A stretch of DNA of 32,448 nucleotides. Origin: a virus. Its lineage: Duplodnaviria; Caudoviricetes. Below, piece after piece: positions 19,183-28,128 of this stretch (positions are counted from its first letter, which is position 1; each line of letters opens with the position of its first letter). Location of the stretch: positions 1 through 32,448 of the IMG/VR virus record IMGVR_UViG_3300030330_004495, one strand, 5' to 3'. Made by a program: the position numbers and the translations under genes. The notes below the pieces were generated by a model. The model saw only the letters and a program-made list of their open reading frames with translations. It made no database searches and was not told the origin of the DNA.

Positions 19183-20098
19183 TATGATTCATATTAATTT
19201 TGTATACACCCTGTGAAACACTCACAAGTGACTCATCGTTATTTAGTAGGGCATTTTGTAGTCCGCTGACAATCACATAGCCATCGGACGTAAATACTTT
19301 ACTTACTCCGTTTACAGGTCTGGTGAAACTCCCCACAGCCCCGGTTTCATCTTTCCCATAGTCTATTAATTTTAGTTCAACATTTGCACCATTTTTAAGT
19401 CTTGATCTTAGCGTTGGGTAATCACCAAACTTTAGACTACGATACATTTTAACTATGAAGTCCGTTTTCCATCGCCATGACACAAATCTATCGTTTGGCA
19501 TTTCACATCTGTGATAAATGTCTGTGTCAGAAATCGGATCAACGTGCTTGAATGTGTTTTTTTCAATTGAATCAAAAATTGAATCATATCCTAAAATCGC
19601 TTTTTGTTGAACCTTTTTGTAAAGACTTTCGCTTGTCTCATCATTTTCAACCTCAACAGTTTCTTGTTTAAGAACACACCCCTCATCTATGCCCTCTGAA
19701 ATCTCATAAGTTGTATATCCACCAGATTTGTCTGAAAGGATATCCCACATGCTTGGGTTACATCCTCGATTTCTTGGTATAATACCAAAATGAGTATTAA
19801 TCACAGATTTTACACTTCTCAGATATTCACTTTTGATAATACCATCATAGCCACCGATTATGGCATGGCTCACTCCCATGTCTTTGTTGAGTTCTACGAA
19901 TTTACTTGAGTTCACATCGACATTTTCAAAAAGTTGTAAATTAGAATACTCACAAATTTTCCTAAATTCATCGAGAGACTTGGTGGCGTGATCTTTGTTG
20001 ACTTTTTTTGTGGTCACATATGAAATTTTCAAGCCACGCGAAATAAACCTTTGCAGTAACTCTTCGCCGAAATCACTATGACCAAGAAAGGCAATCAT
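19139..20098 (-). CDS. N10-formyl-THF-dependent formyltransferase (sugar N-formyltransferase-like)
   Basis: INTHFGIIPRNRGCNP and IDEG retain the N/H/D triad. Adjacent to DegT. Confidence 0.82.
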   Translation of the reverse strand: MIAFLGHSDFGEELLQRFISRGLKISYVTTKKVNKDHATKSLDEFRKICEYSNLQLFENVDVNSSKFVELNKDMGVSHAIIGGYDGIIKSEYLRSVKSVINTHFGIIPRNRGCNPSMWDILSDKSGGYTTYEISEGIDEGCVLKQETVEVENDETSESLYKKVQQKAILGYDSIFDSIEKNTFKHVDPISDTDIYHRCEMPNDRFVSWRWKTDFIVKMYRSLKFGDYPTLRSRLKNGANVELKLIDYGKDETGAVGSFTRPVNGVSKVFTSDGYVIVSGLQNALLNNDESLVSVSQGVYKINMNHSETYLEDTYFQTKL

Positions 20099-20991
20099 AC
20101 CGCTTCCTCTGAAAAATCATAACCCTCGAAACCCCAAGATTCAAGATTACTTGTTTCTTTAAAATCTTGGACGTATTCTTTCTGACTGTTTCTTTTTCGT
20201 GTGGCATCCTCATGCACATAAGTTGGCGAGTTGTGATTTAGATGGAAAATTTTCATATCAATTTTTTCAATGCCATGTCCGCACAACGCACTCTTTTTCA
20301 TAAGATTTGTATCAAAGTATCCTCTTTCGGTTGGTTCACCCACTGAATTTTTCTCCTCGAACGCTCGGATGTTTTCCCAAACATCTTTGTGTGCAAGTTG
20401 AAAATCACCGCAACAAACAACCACAGACCACAAATCATTTTCATCCCAAATCGGATTCCCCTCTGAATCTAACACCGCAGGCTTGGCAGGGAACCTCTCG
20501 GTGTTTTGATACAGGACATCTTTCAAAATTTCTTGTGGAATTTGTTTGTAGATTTCTATTGGGACATCTCTTCTTGCGGCAGTATACATTGTTTTGTCAT
20601 CAAAGGATTCATCCGATGGTCTTTCACAAATCACATCCATGTTGGTGCTTACGATGTAATCATGCGATGCTCGTCGCACACCGATGTTCCTTGCCCAAGC
20701 CTCATTGAAACCAGACATTTGAATACCCATCTGTTGAAAGTCACTCTCCTTTACAACAATGTGTTTGAATTTTCCCGCTGTTTTTTCAGGATTCACCTTA
20801 TCTCTAATTTTTTCAAAGTATGACTCTCCATCACTGTTAAAATCAACATAGATCAATTCATCAAACTCTTCCAACATTGAGAGAAGTGACGGCACGGCTC
20901 TTGAATCAAGATCACCCGAATAATCATCATTTCTACCAACAACCACGGCTGTAATCTTCTTACTCATATCGAGCGTATCCCTTCTCTTCAA
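20095..20991 (-). CDS. putative GT-A fold glycosyltransferase
   Basis: VVVGRNDDY, ARNIGVRRA..DYIVSTNMD, CGDFQL, FHLNH. The start is probably a few codons in (MSKK). Confidence 0.65.
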   Translation of the reverse strand: MKRRDTLDMSKKITAVVVGRNDDYSGDLDSRAVPSLLSMLEEFDELIYVDFNSDGESYFEKIRDKVNPEKTAGKFKHIVVKESDFQQMGIQMSGFNEAWARNIGVRRASHDYIVSTNMDVICERPSDESFDDKTMYTAARRDVPIEIYKQIPQEILKDVLYQNTERFPAKPAVLDSEGNPIWDENDLWSVVVCCGDFQLAHKDVWENIRAFEEKNSVGEPTERGYFDTNLMKKSALCGHGIEKIDMKIFHLNHNSPTYVHEDATRKRNSQKEYVQDFKETSNLESWGFEGYDFSEEAV

Positions 20992-21352
20992 AAATTTTGC
21001 TTCCTAACTTTGAATTTAGTTTTGTTTTCAAATCACAGCGTAAGTCGTTTTGTCTATAGATTGATCTTGAAATTTCAACAAACTCCTCATCAAAACATTT
21101 ATTTCTTTCTTTATCACGGATCGAGTCCTCTAAATCCCAGAGTGTTTCATTAACCTTGGTAAGTTCAGCGTAAAGATTGCGTGTCACATCTGAGCCAAGA
21201 AACTCATTTTTACGGACGAGACTCGTAAGCATTAGCATTTCTTTAGTAATATTTGCCAACTTACTTGAATCCATAATCCTCCTTGATTTGATCTCAAGAA
21301 TGCTTAATTTATCAAGTAACTCACCAATCGATACAGGCACTTCAATCATCAT
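20960..21352 (-). CDS. DUF6165 family protein
   Basis: VPVSIGELLDKLSILEIK, VNETLWDLED.IR, ND.R..LK..LN...GS...EEK.Y. SD AGGAG. Confidence 0.8.
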   Translation of the reverse strand: MMIEVPVSIGELLDKLSILEIKSRRIMDSSKLANITKEMLMLTSLVRKNEFLGSDVTRNLYAELTKVNETLWDLEDSIRDKERNKCFDEEFVEISRSIYRQNDLRCDLKTKLNSKLGSKIFEEKGYARYE

Positions 21353-21358
21353 AAACTC

Positions 21359-22135
21359 CTAATTAATGTATTCCCAGACATCTCTATCTGAACTTTTTGA
21401 CATAAGTAACCAATCGTGATCTGGATTGTCTCTTAGTAGTCTTCTTCCATACTGCACTTTTCGCACGCCCTCAAGACCAACAGACTCCATGATGTAAACA
21501 ATCGCTGTATTCACAGTGTGAAACTCTTTTGCATTTTTAATAATATCGATCCAGTCAAAGAGACGAGTTCCCTCGATGTATTCCATCTCTAAGCACTGAA
21601 CATCGGGAGGTAAATCAAAGAGTTCCATCTCTCTTTTTTTAGAGTCTGGTGGTGTCCCATACTGTCTATTGATGACGATGTAATCCTTATCAAAGTTTAT
21701 GTCGTGGTTTTTCTCAAGATGCTCCTTAAGATCATTTTCTCTTTTTTCATTTCTGATAATTTTTAAATTATCTCGGTAGTCGATGTCTTCGTGATTCCAG
21801 CCCCATCTAATATACTTTGCTTTTACTGGTTCTGGGAAGTATTGAATACCTTGTGGTGTCTCGATGTAGTCAGAAAATCTTAGAGTGTAAACCTCTGTAC
21901 CATCCGATAAGGTATGTGGATTCATCACATGATCATTGTAGTCATCAGGGACACGCTCATCATCAGACTTTACTAAATGATAATTGTCTTTCTGAATGTA
22001 TTCATGCAAGTAAGAATAAACATCTGCCACAGGGTGAAAAACTTCGTAACCCCGATTCAACAAATCATCCACCATTGGCTGAATCAAAAGAATATCGCCT
22101 AACCCTGCCGGTTGATTGATCAGTGCTTTTTTCAT
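21359..22135 (-). CDS. putative GT-B (GT9-like) glycosyltransferase
   Basis: N-terminal QPAGLGDI, and LFDWIDIIKNAKEFHTVNTA similar to the GT9 C-terminal motif. Located in a glycosylation cluster. Confidence 0.5.
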   Translation of the reverse strand: MKKALINQPAGLGDILLIQPMVDDLLNRGYEVFHPVADVYSYLHEYIQKDNYHLVKSDDERVPDDYNDHVMNPHTLSDGTEVYTLRFSDYIETPQGIQYFPEPVKAKYIRWGWNHEDIDYRDNLKIIRNEKRENDLKEHLEKNHDINFDKDYIVINRQYGTPPDSKKREMELFDLPPDVQCLEMEYIEGTRLFDWIDIIKNAKEFHTVNTAIVYIMESVGLEGVRKVQYGRRLLRDNPDHDWLLMSKSSDRDVWEYIN

Positions 22136-23427
22136 TTTGAGATGACCTCAAACTTTGGACAGGGGACAATGAATTTTCCACCTTGTTCAAGATACAAGTT
22201 TTCTCTGTCTTTGAACTCCTTGATAAAGTGCCAAGGTAAAATCAAAAGATAGTCTGGGTTTGCCTCACGCATTTCTGCCTCAGAGAAAATGGGAATGTTA
22301 GTGCCAACAGTTTTCATTCCATACTTTTGTGGGTTTCTTTCGGCGATGCCATCAATGAGTGTGTGATCAAGACCAAACCACTGCAATAAAGTGTTGCCTT
22401 TTGTGCTTGCACCATATCCCCAGATTGTTGCACCCTCAGCCTTTGCTTTTTTGATGAATTCCACAGTCTGATCTCGAAGATCACAAATGTCTTTGTAGAA
22501 TTTTTCATAAATCTCTGGCTGATCAAGTTTCAGACTTTTTTCGTGGCTAAGAATACTATCGATTCTAAAGTTTGCCACATCACGATATGGTGCTGTTCTG
22601 AACAAGTTGGTGGTTGCCACGTTCTTCCGAACATAGATCCTAAAACTGCCTCCGTTGACATCATTCAAAATACAATCAACCACGTTGAAACCCTCAGCCT
22701 CAAGAATGGTTTTGATTGAGGAAAGTGAATAATAGCAAACATGCTCATGGCAAATATTATCAAAGGCAAGTTGTTGAAGCATGAGTGGTGTATAACTCAT
22801 TTGCAAAACAAACAATCCTTCGTCATCCATCACATCATAAACATCGCTTAAGAACTGACGAGGGTTGTCGAGATCGTAGAACATGGCGATACATGTAATC
22901 AACTTTGCTTTTTTACCGCTCCACTTACCATCCCACTTTTCATTGTGCGGTGAGTTGTTGTAACAGTCTTTTGTAAAGTAGTCTTGAATAATCCAGTCCG
23001 CGTGTTGCTTGGCTTCGTTCAAAAAAGTATCATCACAAGGGTCAACACCGATTCTAAAAAATCCAGACTCCCCGGTGTATGGCTGAACATTCTTCAAAAG
23101 TGTTCCATCATTACACGCGATATCGAGGAAGATGTCCCCGCCCTTAGTGGGAACAGCGTCAATAACAGAGGCAACAACATCCTTCAACTCTCTTGTCATG
23201 GAGGTATTAACACCAGAGCGATACCAATATTTTCCATACATGAAGTCAGGGTCAACGGCACTTTCAAGTTGAAGAAGTCCAGTCTTCTCACATAACATGA
23301 GTTTCATTTCTTCTTCGCCTGCCCGTGGTGATTCACTCTCAGCGATAAAATCTGAAACATACATATCACCAAGTGTGAAAATTTCTTTGAGATCCCCGCC
23401 AACCTTACTTCTGCATTTCATATTCAT
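22132..23427 (-). CDS. NDP-hexose C-methyltransferase
   Basis: YWYRSG, LDIACNDG, FDNICHEHVCYYS, NGGSFR, GYGASTKGNTLL, LPWHF. Confidence 0.88.
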   Translation of the reverse strand: MNMKCRSKVGGDLKEIFTLGDMYVSDFIAESESPRAGEEEMKLMLCEKTGLLQLESAVDPDFMYGKYWYRSGVNTSMTRELKDVVASVIDAVPTKGGDIFLDIACNDGTLLKNVQPYTGESGFFRIGVDPCDDTFLNEAKQHADWIIQDYFTKDCYNNSPHNEKWDGKWSGKKAKLITCIAMFYDLDNPRQFLSDVYDVMDDEGLFVLQMSYTPLMLQQLAFDNICHEHVCYYSLSSIKTILEAEGFNVVDCILNDVNGGSFRIYVRKNVATTNLFRTAPYRDVANFRIDSILSHEKSLKLDQPEIYEKFYKDICDLRDQTVEFIKKAKAEGATIWGYGASTKGNTLLQWFGLDHTLIDGIAERNPQKYGMKTVGTNIPIFSEAEMREANPDYLLILPWHFIKEFKDRENLYLEQGGKFIVPCPKFEVISK

Positions 23428-24337
23428 TCTCCAAAATCATTTTATAATCATTATCATACATCATCTTCGCAACTTCACTCAGAGAAGTTTTTGGTGTCCA
23501 ACCAAGATTACTTTTTGCCTTGTAAGGGTTGCCAAGCAAAAATGGTATTTCCTTAGAGTTCATATACTCTGTTCGTTGGACGATATATTTATGCGGTTCT
23601 CCAATGCCTGCATGTTCAAAAACATTATACAAGAAATCACCAACGGTGCAAGTTTTTCCCGTAGAAATAATATAATCATCAGGTGTATCTTGTTGTAGCA
23701 TCTTCCAGAATGCTTCAACGAAGTCCCCAGCAAAACCCCAGTCTCGGGACGAGTCAAGGTTTCCAAGTTCAAGTTTGTCTTGAAGACCGAGTTTGATTCT
23801 TGCCGCTGCTTTTGTAATCTTTCTCGTTACAAATTGCTCTTTTCTTAGAGGTGATTCATGGTTGAAAAGAATCCCAACACTCGCATGAATCCCAAAATTT
23901 TCTCTGTAAGACTTGACAAGATTTTGTGCGAATAATTTTGAACTTGCATACACTGTGTTTGGAGACGCTTTACTCAACTCTGTAAACCCAGTCTCAGGAC
24001 ATGGAGCATCGCCGAACACTTGAGATGATGACGCTTGAAAAAATTTACAGTGGGGTGCGACGTTTCGGACAGATTCAAGAAGCGTAGATACTCCAACGCA
24101 GTTACACATGATAGTATCTCTTGGACTTGCAGTCGAGACTCTCGCATCTGACTGAGATGCTAAGTTGTATACCTCATCTGGCATATGCTTCTCAAAGTAA
24201 AAATTCATTTGTTTTTGATCAGATATATTCAACTCCCGCGAAAAACCCATAACCTCATAGCCTTTTGACAGTAAAAGGTTTTTCAAGTATGTTCCATCTT
24301 GACCACGAATCCCCGTTATGATTGCCTTCTTTGTCAT
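23405..24337 (-). CDS. gmd: GDP-mannose 4,6-dehydratase-like SDR (catalytic Glu replaced by Gln)
   Basis: GIRGQDG, YASSK, GILFNHESPLR, FVTRKI, LGNLDSSRDWG, but QASSSQVFG instead of QAS(T/S)SE. Confidence 0.8.
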   Translation of the reverse strand: MTKKAIITGIRGQDGTYLKNLLLSKGYEVMGFSRELNISDQKQMNFYFEKHMPDEVYNLASQSDARVSTASPRDTIMCNCVGVSTLLESVRNVAPHCKFFQASSSQVFGDAPCPETGFTELSKASPNTVYASSKLFAQNLVKSYRENFGIHASVGILFNHESPLRKEQFVTRKITKAAARIKLGLQDKLELGNLDSSRDWGFAGDFVEAFWKMLQQDTPDDYIISTGKTCTVGDFLYNVFEHAGIGEPHKYIVQRTEYMNSKEIPFLLGNPYKAKSNLGWTPKTSLSEVAKMMYDNDYKMILENEYEMQK

Positions 24338-25155
24338 AGTCTTTCCATGATTTTTTCATATACAACATCATCTGACATCTTATGTGCTTTTTGCAATTCA
24401 AAGTTTTCTTTAATGGCAGGCATCATGCTGTGATACAAATCTTCGTTTAGATCATTAGGATCAAAATCATCTGTCAGAGTAATCACACCATCGGGATTAA
24501 ACATTTTTGGCAGATCGGGTGTTCCATGATACACTGGGACACAACCAGTCGCAAAGCAGTCTAACAGTTTTTCTGTGTAATAGTTTGAGTATGACTCATT
24601 TTCCACAGTCACCGAAAACATATAATCCGCTAACACCTGATCTTTTGTATCGAAGGGTCTAAATGATCTACCAAATATATCTAAATTTTGACACTTTTCT
24701 TTCAAAGACACCATCAGATTGTTTCTGAAAGTGTGTCCCGAAGAAAATGATTTACCAGATGAAACCATAGAAACTAACTTAGACTTTTCATAAATTTTTT
24801 GTTTATCTGGTACGACCCATGTTACGTTCGCAGCCGGAGGTGCGTAAACAAATCTATCATCAAGATCAAGCAATTCTTTATCGTGAACAAAGACCGCTTT
24901 GTATACATCTAAAAAGTCATCTTTCTTCTCGGTCAATATTCTCATTTGGTCAGGAACGACCACCTTCGATTCACAAATCCATAGAAATTTGTTTTCACAC
25001 TTCGACTCAAAGCCGCCCAAAATATCGTAGTCACAATACACTTCAATATTTGAGTCATCGGTTGTGCCAAAAAACCACTCATGGTTTGACGGATGATTAC
25101 CCATACATGAGCAGATGTCGTGTGAAAAAGGTGAGCCTAACGCTTGAAAAATCAT
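24334..25155 (-). CDS. GT10 (alpha-1,3-fucosyltransferase-like) glycosyltransferase
   Basis: YMFSVTVEN....YYTEKLLDCFATGCVPVYHG motif. Start taken at ATG 25155, just after the FkbM stop. Confidence 0.72.
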   Translation of the reverse strand: MIFQALGSPFSHDICSCMGNHPSNHEWFFGTTDDSNIEVYCDYDILGGFESKCENKFLWICESKVVVPDQMRILTEKKDDFLDVYKAVFVHDKELLDLDDRFVYAPPAANVTWVVPDKQKIYEKSKLVSMVSSGKSFSSGHTFRNNLMVSLKEKCQNLDIFGRSFRPFDTKDQVLADYMFSVTVENESYSNYYTEKLLDCFATGCVPVYHGTPDLPKMFNPDGVITLTDDFDPNDLNEDLYHSMMPAIKENFELQKAHKMSDDVVYEKIMERL

Positions 25156-25156
25156 T

Positions 25157-25804
25157 TTACCCTCTGATATAAAATGCATCGCCCCAGACGGGTTCGTTGT
25201 TGCCATTGTGAATCGGAGCGACACCCTCTAATTTGAACCCTTGCTTTGTTAGAAAGTCGTGTAAATCATCAAATAACTTACCACCCTCATACATTTCTTG
25301 AAAGTTTACCTCTGTGATAATCCACTTTACATTTTTCAAGGTATCAATAGCACCCTGAAAAACATGATACTCATATCCTTGAACATCAATATTCAATAAG
25401 TTATAAGTTACGTCTTGCTCATTTTCTGCCATGTAAGCATCAAGTGTTCTTTGTTTGACACTAACTGGCTGATCATTGAAAATAATACCCGGATAGTAAT
25501 TTTCGTGGAGTGCTGGTTTCAAAAGTGAGTTTGATTGTCCTTGATTCACAGTCTCACAATACATCCTTTTTTCAACGTCATCCTCATCACCCAGTGCGAT
25601 ATTTACAAGTGTCACATCATCTCTTTGTGTTAGGTTATCTCTTAGTGCTTCAAAGTTTTTGGGATGAGCCTCAAAGTATGTGACATGATTTGCTCCAATC
25701 TCATCATAAAAACTTTGTTCCTCACCGTGATGTCCACCTATGTGAAGGACACTATCAACTTCATCTACGAAATATTTTTTAATCTGTTCGGCAGGTATCA
25801 GCAT
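25157..25804 (-). CDS. FkbM-family methyltransferase
   Basis: LHIGGHHGEE, FEA, NIALGD, SNSLL, LNIDVQGYE, ITEVN, WGDAFY. Alternative start at 25813. Confidence 0.9.
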   Translation of the reverse strand: MLIPAEQIKKYFVDEVDSVLHIGGHHGEEQSFYDEIGANHVTYFEAHPKNFEALRDNLTQRDDVTLVNIALGDEDDVEKRMYCETVNQGQSNSLLKPALHENYYPGIIFNDQPVSVKQRTLDAYMAENEQDVTYNLLNIDVQGYEYHVFQGAIDTLKNVKWIITEVNFQEMYEGGKLFDDLHDFLTKQGFKLEGVAPIHNGNNEPVWGDAFYIRG

Positions 25805-26565
25805 AAAATCCATCCTTTACAATAAATATCACTCCAGTCTTGAGGTCCAGCCGGACCAAACCATTTTTCAGGAGCGACAACATTATCTTTATTACCAAGC
25901 CAAGCCGCCCACCAACTAAAACTACTGTTAGAAATGATGTGTCCATCACATAAAGACATCAAGCACATATCGACGTTCAGACTATTTCCCTCAACAAAAA
26001 TAGGATTAAGATGTGAGAGATTATATCTACACCATTCGATGTCATCTGAAAAAACCAAAGGGGTGTGACCCTCAAACCTTTTCATGGCACTATCATAATA
26101 CTCTACCTCACATGGAGGATGAGTGTCACTCAATTGTAAATAGTCACCTCGTCTAACATGAATTGAAACGGTCTTATCGATTTTTGTGATTGGCATGCTT
26201 CTACGCCAAAGTTCGGCTTGACTTTTGATTTCATCCCTAAACTCAAAGTTTTTTTTGATTAGATCACTGTATTCTTCAAAATACTTTTCAGTTTGAAAAT
26301 AGCCAAGAAGATCGATGTTTGCCTCTTTAGGTAGATTATACACAGATTCGTCAAATCCAAAATTTGGCTCTTCGTATCGACCATGAATCTCTGTTGGAAC
26401 TGCATTTTGAACATCTCCAAGAACAAAGCAATCTTTAATGGTTGTGTTTTCAATTGGTGCGACAGCGATTGTATCAAACTTTTTTGCAAGCGATAAAGTC
26501 ATCGCATATTGAAACATCTGATTACCGTGTCTGCCATAGTTACCAAGATAAACACAAGAAATCAT
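25798..26565 (-). CDS. GT11 alpha-1,2-fucosyltransferase-like
   Basis: GRHGNQMFQYA, GYFQTEKYF, SIHVRRGDY, FSDDIEWC, ISNSSFSWWAAWL. ATG at 26565 forms an ATGA overlap with the upstream gene. Confidence 0.92.
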   Translation of the reverse strand: MISCVYLGNYGRHGNQMFQYAMTLSLAKKFDTIAVAPIENTTIKDCFVLGDVQNAVPTEIHGRYEEPNFGFDESVYNLPKEANIDLLGYFQTEKYFEEYSDLIKKNFEFRDEIKSQAELWRRSMPITKIDKTVSIHVRRGDYLQLSDTHPPCEVEYYDSAMKRFEGHTPLVFSDDIEWCRYNLSHLNPIFVEGNSLNVDMCLMSLCDGHIISNSSFSWWAAWLGNKDNVVAPEKWFGPAGPQDWSDIYCKGWILC

Positions 26566-27224
26566 AAAACAATCGTCCGTGTTGAAAATTTCTTTTGAAC
26601 TTTCAGTGGTGTTCTCGTTAGTTGCTCCCATTTATTAGCATTGTTTCTTTCATCTGCTTGATAAAAATATGGGTTATGGAACGCATAGACATTATATTCT
26701 GCTTGAATAGAATAGAGGTGAACATCAAAAGGTCTGTTAGTGGAATACATCCAGTTCAAAGTTTCATCTTGGATTCTCTGCAACCATCGGTCGGAGATGT
26801 GCAAAATTGCATGAGCGGACAACATTCTTGAAATCTTACAGATGCCATCACCAAGACCGAGATCCACTGCGTGATAATTATTATCACCGTGTGAAGTTCC
26901 AAGGTAAAAAGCGTCTGCGTCATCTGGGATTTCGATCACTGGGTTAAAGTTATCGTTGACCCCAATATCATCCTCAAGAATCAAACCGGGTTCGCCTCGA
27001 TCCAAAATATTTTTCATGCAAGCAACTTGAGACTCTGCGATACCCGGATAGTGTTCCTCACCGGGACGAACATTGTCGTGAGTAGCATTTTTTCTGACTG
27101 CCGAAAACCTATGGGTATTTTCAAAGCCATACTTATTGAAAATGCCCTGCATATACTGAGCATTATCTGTTTTTTCATCCAAATTCACCCATTGGGTGTA
27201 TACATTACGAAGATCAATTTTCAT
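26562..27224 (-). CDS. GT25-like glycosyltransferase
   Basis: WVNLD, RFSAV, LILEDD, FYLG, SAHAI. SD GAGG. Confidence 0.7.
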   Translation of the reverse strand: MKIDLRNVYTQWVNLDEKTDNAQYMQGIFNKYGFENTHRFSAVRKNATHDNVRPGEEHYPGIAESQVACMKNILDRGEPGLILEDDIGVNDNFNPVIEIPDDADAFYLGTSHGDNNYHAVDLGLGDGICKISRMLSAHAILHISDRWLQRIQDETLNWMYSTNRPFDVHLYSIQAEYNVYAFHNPYFYQADERNNANKWEQLTRTPLKVQKKFSTRTIVL

Positions 27225-27244
27225 TTTTTACCTCAAAAAATATA

Positions 27245-27697
27245 TTACAGAGTAAGAGTTCCGTTTGCAAGACGAATCTCACGAAGTTCTTGGAAATCTT
27301 TTTTCTTTGTGCCACCATCATATGACCAAGCGTAGCCTTCCTCGATCATCTTTTCGTTGAGTGAAACCAAATCGTCGCCGATATAAAGCCAGCCGAGAAG
27401 TCTACCATATTTCCCCACGCCGCCGTTAAGTTCGGTGCGAATCACAAGGTCATCCTCACCAGAGATCGCACCATCAAGATGCTCTTTCATCCAGTCGGTC
27501 GCGTCTTGACCGAGTGCCTTTTCTTCAAGATCCCGTGTTCTCTTTTCGGGTGTATCGACACCTGCGATACGAACACGCTCTTTCTTGTAAAGATCAAACC
27601 CTAAGTCAATAATCACATCGATGGTATCTCCGTCAAGAACTTTGACAATCTCTGTGACTCTAAAATTGTAACATGATTTTCTGCTGGGTGGCTTCAT
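27245..27697 (-). CDS. thermonuclease (SNase) family nuclease
   Basis: VLDGDTID, RVRIAGVDTPE, GKYGRLLG, LNEKMIEEGYA. Confidence 0.9.
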   Translation of the reverse strand: MKPPSRKSCYNFRVTEIVKVLDGDTIDVIIDLGFDLYKKERVRIAGVDTPEKRTRDLEEKALGQDATDWMKEHLDGAISGEDDLVIRTELNGGVGKYGRLLGWLYIGDDLVSLNEKMIEEGYAWSYDGGTKKKDFQELREIRLANGTLTL

Positions 27698-28116
27698 TCT
27701 TCATCCTTTGACGGCTTCTTGCCGATATGGTATTTAGGGATGAGTTCCCACTCGTCGCGGTTCTTGTGGGAAATGATCTTGATTCTTTTGAGCGAGGCGA
27801 CTGGCTCAGAACATTTATTTTCATCCACAATATCAATTAATCCCCACTCGGCAAGCAGACCGACGATGGTGTTTCGTCTGCCAAAGTCCTCCTCTGACAT
27901 CTTGGATGGTAACCCATCAAGTGCAAAGAGTTCTTTGAAGTGTGTAATATAATACTTACCACGCTTGTGAAGAATGTGACAGGATTGGTAAAGTTTGTTG
28001 CCTACGCGAGAAGAGACACCAATGCGGGTCAGCGTTTCTCTTACTTTTAGGAAGTCTTGGGGGTCTTTAAGTGTGACCTCGACCAGCGACTCCACGATCT
28101 TTTCTGTATTGTCCAT
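27694..28116 (-). CDS. regA: translational repressor RegA
   Basis: DFLKVRETLTRIG, LYQSCHILHKRGKYYITHFKELF, W.LIPKY. Start taken at ATG 28116 with GGAG upstream. Confidence 0.96.
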   Translation of the reverse strand: MDNTEKIVESLVEVTLKDPQDFLKVRETLTRIGVSSRVGNKLYQSCHILHKRGKYYITHFKELFALDGLPSKMSEEDFGRRNTIVGLLAEWGLIDIVDENKCSEPVASLKRIKIISHKNRDEWELIPKYHIGKKPSKDEE

Positions 28117-28128
28117 GATAACTCCATC

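Noticed and set aside
19240-19246. Extra CTAAATA upstream of the DegT gene
   Set aside because: It lies inside AT-rich coding sequence without the flanking similarity of the other copies, so it is plausibly chance.
25156-26631. Long apparent overlaps from the ORF-track starts at 25224 and 26631
   Set aside because: Downstream ATGs at 25155 and 26565 abut the upstream stops and coincide with the start of the recognisable domains.
13901-27224. Bacterial O-antigen/capsule locus or chimeric assembly
   Set aside because: No wzx/wzy/wzm-type genes are evident, and the cluster joins phage genes on both sides through overlaps or gaps of about 20 nt or less. Read-level confirmation is still advisable.
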